From: Negaprion brevirostris
Taxonomy: Eukaryota
Reading direction: 5' to 3'
Length of the DNA: 64,000 bases
Assembly (NCBI GenBank): GCA_030324005.1
Contig: JARDVH010000073.1
Span: 23,109,579 to 23,173,578, forward strand
Shown here: in pieces, positions 53,607 through 64,000 of the stretch
How positions within the stretch are numbered: position 1 is the first letter of the stretch
Layout of the letters: each line of letters opens with the position of its first letter
Position numbers and translations under genes: made by a program
The notes under the pieces: model-generated
What the model saw: the letters and a program-made list of their open reading frames with translations, nothing else
The model's database searches: none
Told to the model about the DNA's origin: nothing

Positions 53607-53972
53607 CTGAGGGGGAAAAAAAGGACAGTAAAAAATGAAGCTGCGCAATATGCTGGAACTTGCAACTTCATCTCACAGGAGAAACATTATAAATTCCAGA
53701 ACAGGAAATGCAATACAGTATAAGTTGAGAGTGCAACAGAGATTTAAAACTTCCAGTTATTCATTACAAAGTTTCATTATATAAATCAATCATTCAATAC
53801 TATCACGATTTTAAGACAGTGAATTTCATAAAACATGCAAGAGAAAGGAATGATTTTAAATAAAAATAATACTGGACAAGTGCAGGGAAATGGGATTAGC
53901 ACCTTTAGTGGTAGATAATGTAGATGCAGACTTGACGGGCCGAAGGGCCTTTTCTGCACTGTATGGCTCTAG

Positions 53973-54099
53973 GGGTGGGACTCTCCAGCCTCACTCGCCT
54001 CAAGGCTGGAAAATCCTGCCCGAGGTCAACTGAACTTTGCATGATCTTGTCCTGCACTGCTACCATTCCCATGGTGGCCGGGACAGGAACATTCCACCC
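53973..54099. mobile_element. Short Harbinger-type MITE
   Basis: TIRs gggtgggactctcc / ggaacattccaccc; flanks tag/tat. Confidence 0.7.
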
Positions 54100-54149
54100 T
54101 ATTATTCTAAAATTGCTGATATTTTGTCCTTGTTCCTGTCGAAGCTACT

Positions 54150-55180
54150 GACTCCTTTGTTTGCTTCAGGATCCACTCTGCATCTGGCATTTCTGTGTGA
54201 AGGTATTGTCAGTCTTATTTAACAAGGATGGTTGTGCGAAATGTGTAGAAATTGCTAAGCTTCCAATATAATTAATTCCAGGTGAGATAAATATCCCTGA
54301 CTTTGATTTGCCATTGGACGACTAAATGGGCTACATTTNNNNNNNNNNCAGACAGCAAAGGAAAATGGAATGTGATTAGGCAGTGAAGCCTCTCTCTGTT
54401 TTCCAGTCCCGATCTCAGTTTCCCTCTGATTGATGGGAAATGCTGCAGGAGGCCCCTTACCCGCCTGTCCCAGTCAAATGCTGACAGGACAGCAGGGTCT
54501 GGAGAGCCATCTTCTCTTCGCCTGAGGCTCCTTTCAAGCTGTTTGAGGGGCTATCACTTACAACCGCAGTCTACAACGCATAGCTGCATCCAGCAGGTCA
54601 GCAATGCCCTACTTGATATGATGGACCAACCTCTCCTGTGTATGCCAATGCTCAGAATGAGAGGATTATTACTCAATCAACATCCAGTAGAGTTGTGATA
54701 ACTGTGGAAAAGTCAAGGAAGTGTACACAATGTTTGCACGCAGCTGCCATCTTGCAACACTCATTCATCCCCCCATTATTTCACCTCTCTAGCAAATCAA
54801 TAACGGTATCTGGCTACCTGGGGACAAGGGCTATGCTCTTCACACAAAGCCATGGCCCATGGCTTGCTCAGGTACAACCACAGTCATGGAACCAACAGCA
54901 ACATCATCAAGCATTATATGGTTACAGCAGCAAAGGTTCAGGTGCCTGGATAGGTCTGGTGGTTCACTGCAATGCACATACTATCCATTACATGCAGCTT
55001 GGTGGGGTGCTGCATGCTGTAGTGCAGAAAGGCTTTCAGCTGAAGGAGGCAGGGCAAACAGAAAGAACCATCATCTGATCAGGAAGAATTGAATGATGGT
55101 GAGGGAAATGCAGAAGAGGGGGCATGAGCAAACAAATTCTAGCTAGAGAGGCAAGTGACCAACCGATAGAACAGCACTTC
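54150..55180 (+). pseudogene. Degenerate PIF/Harbinger (HARBI1-like) DDE transposase fossil
   Basis: Fragmented motifs in the expected order: FASGS (about 54160), HSCIQQVSNAL (about 54580), YYSINIQ*SCD (about 54665), ILQHSFIPPLF, WLPGDKGYAL (54811-54840), RYNHSH, QRFRCLDRSGGSLQ, CCML. Stops and frameshifts are present. Confidence 0.85.
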
Positions 55181-55371
55181 TGGTCAAGTGGTCAAGCTAC
55201 CTAAAAGATGGCAAAAAAATTCTTCATGTGCTGGATAGGTAGATTGGCCATGCTAAATTTCCGCCGAAGAGTCAGTGCAGACTTGATGGGCTGAATGGCC
55301 TGCTTCTGCATTGAAAGATTTCTATGATTCTATCTGTAACCCCCTTTAAGTGATAACCCAATTGCTATTTT

Positions 55372-55653
55372 GAAGTTTATTTCATAGTCACAAGTAAGGC
55401 TTACATTAACACTGTGATGAAGATACTGTGAAATTCCCCTAGTCGCCACAGTCTGGCGCATGTTTGGGTCAATGCATCTAACCAGCATATCTTTCAGAAT
55501 GTGGGAGAAAACTGGAGCAGCCGGAGGAAACCCATGCAGACATGGGGAGAATGTACAAACTCCAGACAGACAGTGACCCAAGCTAGGAACTGAACCCGGG
55601 TCCCTGGCGCTGTGAGGCAGCAGTGCTAACCACTGTGCCACTGTGCTGCCCCA
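55372..55653 (-). mobile_element. HE1-type SINE, alternative tail
   Basis: aagtttatttcatagtcacaagtaaggcttacattaacactg.. through to the head. Confidence 0.9.
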
Positions 55654-55704
55654 CGACTTATTAGACTTACCTCTTTACATAATTAACTGAATAAAGTTAC
55701 TCAA

Positions 55705-55813
55705 ACAATTTTCCCGTCCTACCCAAGCGGGCAGGACAGGACCATGCAAAGGTCCACTGACCTCGGTTGGGATTTTCCAGTCCTGGAGCGAGCGCAGATG
55801 GAAAATCCCACCC
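55705..55813. mobile_element. Short Harbinger-type MITE about 70 bp from the CPED1 donor site
   Basis: ccatgcaaaggtccactgacctcggttgggattttcc..ggaaaatcccaccc. Confidence 0.7.
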
Positions 55814-55884
55814 TCTATTTAATGTAATCAACATTTTGAAAGACCAGATTATTCTAGGCTTGAACATTATAATCAGCAGTTTAC

Positions 55885-56071
55885 CTGGGTCCTTTCTTTT
55901 CATCCAGATGTACCTGGCAGTGGCAATTGGCTGCTTCAGCTCTGATCTTCACTATCGCCACATCAAAAGGCACCTCGCAATAGTACACTTTGATCTTTGG
56001 TGTAAAGGCAGGGCTCAAGTTCAACTGTGGGCTAGTAAGGATGTGAGTAATGTACGCCAGACTGTGCTTAG
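55885..56071 (-). CDS. CPED1: Internal coding exon of CPED1 (cadherin-like and PC-esterase domain-containing protein 1), cadherin-like beta-sandwich part 1
   Basis: Acceptor ttgctctgttttcaacAG and donor GTaaac. 187 bp, phase 1 in, phase 2 out. Encodes (x)[61 protein letters not shown](S), which resembles recalled vertebrate CPED1 (..[38 protein letters not shown]). Confidence 0.92.
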
Positions 56072-56279
56072 CTGTTGAAAACAGAGCAAAGAAGTCAACC
56101 AATTAACAGAATTAAACTCTCACAACTCAATAAAATATCTGTGGTTGTTTAGATTGTTAACTGCAGTTAGGTCCAGGCAAGTTCCTTTAAGACAGGTAAA
56201 AAACTAATGCATTACAGTAGAGTCATCACTCATTGTTAGTTGATGTACTTTAGTAACTTCTAATTCGGTCAGATTGGAC

Positions 56280-56478
56280 CATAGTGGAGATAGTGGGAGC
56301 AGATACGATAGTGACTTTTAAGATAAGTCTAGACAAAGACATGAATAAGATGGGAATAGAGGGATATGGTCCCCGGAAGGGTAGGGGGCTTTAGTTCAGT
56401 CGGGCAGCATGGTCGGTGCAGGCTTGGAGGGCTGAAGGGCCTGTTCCTGTGTTGTAATTTTCTTTATTCTTTGTTCTC
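56280..56478 (+). mobile_element. CR1 3' UTR fragment
   Basis: ggtgcaggcttggagggctgaagggcctgttcctgtg..ttctttgttct. Similar short tails at 19120-19265(-), 50465-50582(+), 52558-52619(-), 53870-53965(+), 59112-59183(+) and 61868-62022(-). Confidence 0.8.
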
Positions 56479-56559
56479 TTTGTCATAATTCAACATTGTT
56501 AAATTTTCTATTATTTTAAAATGTGAACTGAACTGTGTGACTAAAATGTTTTTAGAACA

Positions 56560-57520
56560 AAAAGATGCCCCAACAATTCTCAGGGTTTCAGTCAGTGTCC
56601 CACTGGAGATTGGTGGGAGACTGACGGACACCCCTCCAAGATAGTGGAGATCTCTTCGGGAGTTTTCTGTTCACCCTAGCAATGTGCTCAGACACACTGC
56701 TAGAATTTTTTTCCCTTGGAATGTTGTGGTATTGTTCCCAATAGGGGAATTAGCAGCGGCGATAGGGTTTGCTTGACTCTCTGGTAATATCTGGCCCAAT
56801 ATCAGGGACTAGAGTGGGCAGTTCGTCTCGATGTGGTTCTGGCAAGCTATTGTGGGAGCCAGCAACTGGTCAGCATGGTCTCTCCAAACCAGTTTATCCT
56901 CAATTTGGACAGTGGCCAGCTCGAGCCAAGACAAGTGCAGGTACCCACTTCTCCCGGGTGGTATAGCTACATGCAAACGCTCCCTCCCCTTGGTGAAACA
57001 AGTGCCATTTAGCACTCAGTTGTCTCCTGGCTATTTGCAACTGTTGGTTTCACTCTACTATCGCCAACGACTTTTGGGGTATTAACAGGTCAAATGTTGT
57101 TCACAGATTCCTCTTCGTGAGTAGCTTCATAGGTGAACTCTGTGTGGCTGCATGTGTAGCATTCCTGCAGGAGACCAAAAAGCTATTGAGATGTTGGGTT
57201 AATAAGCCTTGCTCTCGAGAAGCTTTCAGTGCGTGTTTCAGGGATTGCACAAATCATCCAGCTAACTCATTAATAGCTGAGTGACAGGGCACTGATTTGA
57301 TAGGTTGGATACCATTCCCCTTGGGGTAATCTTCAAATTCTCACGACGTAAACTGGGGCCCATTGTCATTGATAATTTGTTCCAGCTTGCCAAACCTTGC
57401 AAAGATCTCCTCCAATTTCTCAATGGTTTTCTCCGTATTGGTGGATTCCATTGTGACTACTTCAGACCATTCATAGAGTGTGTCGACTAATAGTCAGAGA
57501 ATATGCCCCTCTAGAGTTCT
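56560..57520 (-). mobile_element. Ty3/Gypsy LTR-retrotransposon integrase remnant
   Basis: Minus strand reads LEGHIL*LLVDT..WSEVVTMESTNTEKTIEKLEEIFARFGKLEQIINDNGPQFTS*EF..NGIQ, then RNATHAATQSSP, then KWVPALVLA..TVQIEDKLVWRDHADQLL (rve core plus C-terminus). Confidence 0.85.
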
Positions 57521-57807
57521 GAATGCTGTTTTTTTCTGCTTTTAATAAGGAGATTGATCGTGAACTTCCAGCATATAGTAGAGACACATTTCCATTGGAG
57601 GTCACTTCATCAATGAATGAAGAGCCAGCAGGAGGTGGTAGCCCTAGCCTGGCACTTCTGATACACAAAAATCTTTCCCTCACTTTTGCCAAGATGCAAA
57701 AGCTTTTGGAGACTCCGTTCAATCTCTGTTACCACTCCCCTTGCAGCTCGTGACTTCAAAACAATCACATGTTCCAAAAAGATCCATGTCCCTTTGCCAA
57801 CTATCCT

Positions 57808-58108
57808 GGGGCAGCACGGTGGCACAGTGGTGAGCACTTCTGCCTCAGCGCCAGGGACCCAGGTTCAATTCCTGACTTGGGTCACTGCCTGTGCGGAGTC
57901 TGCACTTCTCCCCATATCTGCGTGGGTTTCCTCCCACAGTCTGAAAGACGTGCTAGTTAGGTGGATTGACGCTGCTAAATTCGTCCTCAGTGTACCCGAA
58001 CAGACGCCAGAATTTGACGACTAAGGGATTTTTACAGTAACTTCATTGCGGTATTAATGAAAGCCTATTTGCTTTTCTAATAAATAAATAAACTTTAAAC
58101 TTTTAAAA
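57808..58108 (+). mobile_element. HE1-type SINE, alternative tail
   Basis: Head ggggcagcacggtggcacagtgg; tail ends taataaataaataaactttaaact. Confidence 0.9.
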
Positions 58109-59892
58109 CTGCAGCAGGACCTTTGAGGCAGCAGTAGCAAAGAGGGTTCTTTTGCCCAGACTGTTGCATGTGGCGATACCATCACAGAGTTTGCAGAGAC
58201 AAAATCTGTCTAATTTTTAAGCGTCACTGCAGGTTTTTTAAAAGAAGAGCTACTGCTTTTTCCACTGGCATCCAATAGAACTATTGACCGTGTATTTTGT
58301 GCACAGTTTCTTCTAATAAATATACATTTGCAAGGTATCAAGAGTAGGTGCATCCCCTCTATAAACAATTATTGGAACATTTAGGTTACAAAGTGTTGAA
58401 ATACTCTTTCTTTTGTGGACATTAGTGCTGCTGTGTGTAATGAAATATGTGTGGGAATTGCATTTCATGCAAGATCCACATTCAGCACGTGCACTTAAAA
58501 GGGCAAAAAGAAATACGTCCTCTTCACTTAGAAAATAAATTACCATTGTTCATTTATGATTCCTTGATTTTACTTCAGATTGTTTCTAAGACAGAGCAAC
58601 AATCTTATCACAGAAACTACTGAGGGCATCAGTAAGAAAAAATGTTAATAAATTAGAGCTACCTGAAAATCTGAATGAAAATGTTCCTGTCATCATGTAC
58701 TGTTGTTGAGGATTATTACTGACCTGACTTACACAGAGCCTATTGCTGTATGAAAGGGGTCATTGTCAAAAAAAGGCTATAAATGTGTGTTGTGTAACAG
58801 AGGCACTGATCAGTATGACTATTTGTTGATAATTAGACTCCAGATTAAGCAGCTTTCAAACAGCCAGAAATGCTGCTTTTACTTCAGAAATACTAGGGAA
58901 ATAACTTCTTTAACTTCTATAGCTAAGTTAATAAGTTTTTGTCTTTTTATTCCGCAGGTGGAGGTCCACCTCGTTGTCAACCAAGGGGCATGCACACGGT
59001 GGGTTGTGCGTNNNNNNNNNNNNNNNNNNNNNNNNNNNNNNNNNNNNNNNNNNNNNNNNNNNNNNNNNNNNNNNNNNNNNNNNNNNNNNNNNNNNNNNNN
59101 NNNNNNNNNNNGTAGGGTGATGGCGGCGCGGGCTCGTTGGGCCGAAGGGCCTGTTTCCCGTGCTGGGTTGTTCTTTGTTCTTTGTAATAAGAGGCGACGA
59201 AGAGTGATTATAGAGAACTACTCTCATTGAGAGTTCAGATGAGGTCCTAACTGTTACAGCTAAGCTTGAATGGTGTGTAACTGTCAACTGATCACCGAGA
59301 GGAGATTATGGTTTTGTAACCAGTCTAATATATTGTACACTGTGCCATATCAATTTTATCTATTTCGCCTCTTTGTTTTGGCTAGTTGGATGATCATAAA
59401 AGACTGACAGTCAAGATATGACACATGATGACTGTGTTACTTCACAGCATTAGCACACCAACAGCCATGATTTTGGCAAAAGTCCAAAATGGTGGCAGTG
59501 CTGATAACTTGGGAAGACTTCTGAAATACACCAGGCTCGCTGATGCCAACACTGCTTTCAGCAAATAAAAGTAGCCATTGTTCTTCCTAGCCATTATATG
59601 AGCAGATGACAGTTTAACTACCAGTACCGGCCAGTGATGTGATTTCCTGCCCACTGCCCTGTACCAGTCACTGGGGAGGACTTGGCAATCAGAAGTAAAG
59701 TAGTAACCCACAGTTTTGAAACGGCCACACGCATTAGGTTGCTGGCCAGTTATTCAAATCTCTAAGAATTTGTCACACAATATAAAACAGGCATGTTCTG
59801 CAGAAGGGGAGCCTGGACCATTGCAGTATCACAAACTGGTACTATAGTGCCAAAGCTCTCAATGCTGTGGAACGGAAAGAATACATTGTATC

Positions 59893-60135
59893 TAAAGTCA
59901 AGTTTATTTGTCACAAGTCGGCTAATGCTAACACTGCAAAGAAGTTATCGTGAAAATCCTCTAGGCACCACACTCTGGCGCCTGTTCGAATATACTAACG
60001 CACCTAACCAGCACGTCTTTCAGACTGTGGGAAGAAACCAGAGAACCCGGAGGAAACCCACACGGACATGGGGAGAATGTGCAAACTCCACACAGACCCA
60101 AGCTGTGAGGCAGCAGTCCTCACCATAGCGCCATT
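59893..60135 (-). mobile_element. HE1-type SINE, alternative tail, internal deletion
   Basis: aagtttatttgtcacaag..gcacgtctttcagactgtggg.. Confidence 0.85.
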
Positions 60136-60984
60136 GTGCACTCTCCAACAGATGTCAGGCCAAATAGGCGTACAACTAATCTCATACAGCCATCGGTCAT
60201 TGCCGGGCATACCATTAAAGCACTGACAGCTGTTGGAATGCACTATCAGAGAGGCAGTAGAAGCAAAGACCATGAACATATTTATGACAGCATTTGAGAG
60301 GGTGAGCGATTGAGAAGTACTGGTTTTTTGAGATCAATCAGAAGGACCTTAATTTTCTATGTTATTCTTGATATGATTCTGTATTACAAGACTAGACATT
60401 GCTGTCATTTAAAAGCAATTTCCTTGTCAGCAATCTCGGGTGGCCATTATTTTTCCTGATTCCCACTCATTCTATGTCTCCCAGGAATTTAGTAGAGCAC
60501 TTTTGAGTTGGTGGCGTGCTGTAGCAATCATTTGGTACGTTACTTTGTAATGGCATCTTGGCAAAACTGCTTGTTAAGAAGGCTGCATATTTATCATTTC
60601 TAATCTTCCCAGTAAACTTACTAAATCTATTCATAAGAATGGACGCATATTCTTGCATACTGAGAATCAGAAGGGAAAAGCTGCAGATTCTCATTGTTTG
60701 AGCAACGAGAAAGCTCATTACAGTGGTGATCCGTTCAGAGCTGCTGTAACATGATTGAATCAAGGATGATGAGCAGGAGCAGAGAAATGCTTCCCGAGAG
60801 ACCAAACGCCACTGATGCAGCAATACCCTCACCAGCCAATATGTTTTTCATTAAATGAAAATGATAGCTTGATAGCTTGTAATGATGGAGCAGGATTGCC
60901 TCCACAGATTCAGTTTTAGCAAGAGCTACTTATTGAGTTGTCTCCTCTCCTTAATCCAGACCTGCAGACAACCTCAAATCTAAT

Positions 60985-61203
60985 GGCTGTCTGTGTGAAG
61001 TTTGCGTGTTCCCCCTGTATCTGCATGGGTTGCCTCCAAGTGCTCCAATTTCCTCCCACTGTCGAAAGATGTGCAGGTTAGGTTGATTGGCAATGTTAAC
61101 TTGCCCCTTGCTGTCAGGCAGATTAAATACATGGGGTTATGGGGATAGGGCCTGGGTGGGATTGTTGCCTAAAGGCCTCCTTCTGCATTGTAGGGATTCT
61201 ATG
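60985..61203 (+). mobile_element. HE1-type SINE, 5'-truncated
   Basis: V-domain and CR1-type tail. Confidence 0.85.
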
Positions 61204-62280
61204 AAAACATTGGCCATTGTGACACCCAAATCCATTAATCTTACACCTCCAGATTAATTAGGAAATATCAGCAGTATCAGCCAACTCGATGTTCATAGAT
61301 GCAAGTAATGGATACTTTGTGCAAGTGGATCAAAATCATCTTTTTAATGACTAACAAAAGCTGCATGGCAGACAAGCCAGTTCTAATATACTGAAAGCGT
61401 TCTAAAAATGCATGAGATGATTGGTGGCACCCATGTGGCCATGTAGATCCCTTAACTGCAATGCAATGAAATAATGAAAGAAAGTAACTGTACTTCCTTA
61501 ATCACTCAATGTAATGCAATTAATACTCATTTTTCAGGCAGCATTTACAATATATTAATTCTGCATCAATCCAATGTACCTACCTACTTATTTAAAAGTG
61601 AACAAACCTGAAAGACAGCTGCTTAAGGGCAAGGCTACCTCTTAATCATGGCCAATGGAGCAGCCATGGACATAGGCTGAGCAGATATACAATGAATCTC
61701 ATACAACCATTGGATCATTACTCGGCATACCATTAAAGCACTGACATCTGTTGAAAAGATCTAGAGCACAACACCCCAATGGTCTCCAACAACTTTGCTG
61801 TCTGTTACATAGAACAAAGAACAAAGAACACTATAGCACAGAGGCAGGCTCTTTGACCCACCAACTCTGTGCCATAGGACCATAAAACATAGGAGCAGAA
61901 TTAGCCCACTAGGCCTATCGAGTCTGCTCCGCCATTCAATCATAGCTGATTTTTTTCTCATCCCCATTCTCCTGCTTTTTCCCCACAACCCCTGATCCCC
62001 TTATCAAGAACCTAACTGTCTCNNNNNNNNNNNNNNNNNNNNNNNNNNNNNNNNNNNNNNNNNNNNNNNNNNNNNNNNNNNNNNNNNNNNNNNNNNNNNN
62101 NNNNNNNNNNNNNNNNNNNNNNATGCGCTGGTCGAAAGTTAAATATTTTGTATAGCACCTTTCAAAACATCAGGGCTTCCTAAAGTTTTTTTTAAGACAG
62201 TTCAATGTAGTTATTGTTGGAAGTGGCAGTCAGTTTATACATGGCAAACTACTACCAAGTACACAATCTCAGGGTACGGG

Positions 62281-63136
62281 AGTGATGATATTGCGCCTTT
62301 AAGAAATGTATTTCAATCATGTTTCTTTGCAGGATGTCTTGTCGGCACCGTGTTGTCTGTAGTTGGTGTTCTTTATTGTTGCTGAGGCAGTGTAATTCAT
62401 ATTATGTTTATTTTTAATCAGGGCTAATGCAGTGTTCTGGAGTTTTATGGTGCTTTGGGGATTGCTGAGTGGAGCTCGATTTGAGGATGATTGACAGGTC
62501 AGATGGTGCCGGGGACAATTTTTTTCCCACCAAAAAGTCTAAGGTTTTAGTTTAATTCCAGGACTGGGAAGCCTCAAAGTTTTAACCCAATATTCAAAGG
62601 AGCAATTCATAGCGGGTGTGGAAAAACTGAAAACCCAGCGTCACATGAGCAGACTTGCTTCTTGTGCCAAGTTTAGAAAAGGGTGCGCCTCTCTGGGAGT
62701 TGACTTGGAACTCATGATGTGGAGATGCTGGCATTGGACTGGGGTAAACATAGTACGAAATCTCACAACACCAGGTTAAAGTCCTGATGAAGGGGCAGCA
62801 AACACTATGAAAGCTAGTGGCTTTTGCTACCAAATAAACTTTCTGGACTTTAACCTGGTATTGTGAGATTTCTTACTATGTTGACTCAGAACAACATAGA
62901 TAGCTAGCTGTTAAGATTTATATTGATCATGTATAATTGGAAAAAGTTATGCTAAATATTATATTTTAACTCTGTTCTTAAATAAACGTTGTTTGATAAA
63001 AGCTCCCTAGTGGGTCACTTGAATCATGCCGCGAATAAAACACCTTATGCTCACCAATGCCAAAAATCAAATATAAAAACTTTAGGTTATGGGCTATCTT
63101 TGTATAACCTTGGAATTTCTGGTCTAGGTCTAAACA
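62281..63136 (+). mobile_element. Probable solo LTR (Gypsy-like) interrupted by a Penelope-type element
   Basis: Starts agtgatgatattgcgcctttaag (TG start mutated) and ends ..ggtctaaaCA. AATAAA near the 3' end. Flanks cggg / tggg fit a 4-bp TSD with CpG decay. Confidence 0.5.
62713..62889. mobile_element. Penelope-like (PLE) inverted pLTR remnant with hammerhead-like core
   Basis: 38-bp inverted repeat 62747-62784 / 62845-62882 with 2 mismatches, enclosing CTGATGA...GAAAGCTA. Resembles the recalled shark PLE end tgatgtggagatgccggcgttggactggg..acaacaccaggttaaagtcc. Confidence 0.7.
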
Positions 63137-63191
63137 TGGGCAAATGCCCAGTGTCACATCTTTATACTGCCCAAGTACCATTGACTAGTAA

Positions 63192-63455
63192 CCATAAGGC
63201 CATAAGATATAGGAGGAGAATTAGGCTGCTCGGCCCATTGAGTCTGCTTTTCTATTCAATCATGGCTGATTTTTTTCTCATTCCCATTCTCCTGCCTTTT
63301 CCCCATTACCCCTGATTCTCCTATTAATCAAGAATCTATCCATCTATCTCTGTCTTAAAGACACTCAATGACCTGGCCTCCATAGCCTTCTGCGGCAAAG
63401 AGTTCCACAGATTCATCATTCTCTGGCTGAAGAAATTCCTCCTCATTTCTGTTTC
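63192..63455 (-). mobile_element. CR1 3' fragment
   Basis: EMRRNFFSQRMMNLWNSLPQKAMEARSLSVFKTEID; same subfamily as 8988-9424. Confidence 0.85.
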
Positions 63456-64000
63456 TGTGCTGACACAGAACTTTGCAATGTGTTGAAGGTTGTAGTTCCC
63501 AACATTGCAGCCTAAAAAGCTAGTCCACCAGCTACTCATCCAAGATATATTTAGCTCAACTGTCCCTTGAAGGAACTCTCTTGACCACATAAATGCAAGA
63601 GACACCTAACCATTACGAACTAAACAAGTGCAGCTAATGACCAATGACCAAACTTTGCTGTGCTGCTACCTTATTTCACACAATCAAAAAATGTTAAATA
63701 TAATGTGGCTAAATTTCTACTCTGTTTAATGTGATTTGAGAGTGAATTAAGTGAGTTTTACCAATGTCCTTACCCTTAGCACTGTGTACTGTGTGTGTGA
63801 ACTAAACTCTAAGAACTAAACCCTAACTGACAACCTCTAAGTATGTCGTGTAAAAAAAATGCACCAATTGGCGATGGATTTTCAGTGGGAACTAATTGGG
63901 GTTCAGGTGATCCTGTTTATCCAACAACTCATCAACCTTATCCATAGTGTGTATTTTTTAAAATTCATTCACTGGACGTGGGCATCACTGGCAAAGGCAG

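Noticed and set aside
54150-55180. Domesticated HARBI1 gene
   Set aside because: Multiple stops, frameshifts and loss of catalytic-motif segments indicate a dead transposon copy.
844-63605. Most ORFs in the six-frame track
   Set aside because: They are short, run through N gaps, or are chance translations of SINE/LINE copies (for example the recurring WLALLPHSARDPGS peptide is the HE1 head). Only the two CPED1 exon frames and TE remnants are protein-like.
63774-63822. Candidate upstream CPED1 micro-exon at a GTAAGG donor
   Set aside because: Nearby acceptors are weak or introduce stops, and the peptide does not resemble CPED1. Similar candidates near 58543 and 58733 also failed.
1-64000. 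CRISPR array, operon or prokaryotic defence system
   Set aside because: No regularly spaced repeat-spacer array and no gene-dense region; the DNA is vertebrate intronic sequence.

Overview
Eukaryotic, repeat-rich vertebrate DNA, almost certainly from a shark. It carries HE1-type tRNA/V-domain SINEs, CR1/HER1-like and L2 LINE fragments and a SacSINE1-like DeuSINE; the repeat variants suggest a carcharhiniform shark (inference). The only host coding sequence I can support is two consecutive minus-strand exons (56071-55885, 187 bp; 53606-53438, 169 bp). They have canonical AG/GT splice sites, join in frame and encode the cadherin-like beta-sandwich region of CPED1. I found no further exon in 1-53437, so most of the window looks like one very large CPED1 intron. 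That intron holds about 20 HE1 SINEs with two alternative 3' tails, a second tRNA-SINE family, and CR1/L2 fragments. It also holds PIF/Harbinger-type MITEs (14-bp TIRs, 3-bp TSDs), a fossil of the Myb-like Harbinger partner, and several TE-free blocks that look like conserved non-coding elements. Between and upstream of the two exons lie a Harbinger transposase fossil, a Gypsy integrase remnant, and a solo LTR with a nested Penelope-type hairpin carrying a hammerhead-like core. I cannot prove a new biological system. The best candidates are the Harbinger MITE family whose ends match NF-kB sites, the hammerhead-like Penelope remnant, the SINE tail swap and the putative enhancer cluster. Repeat-family names come from recalled consensus sequences, and repeat boundaries are approximate (about 10-30 bp).
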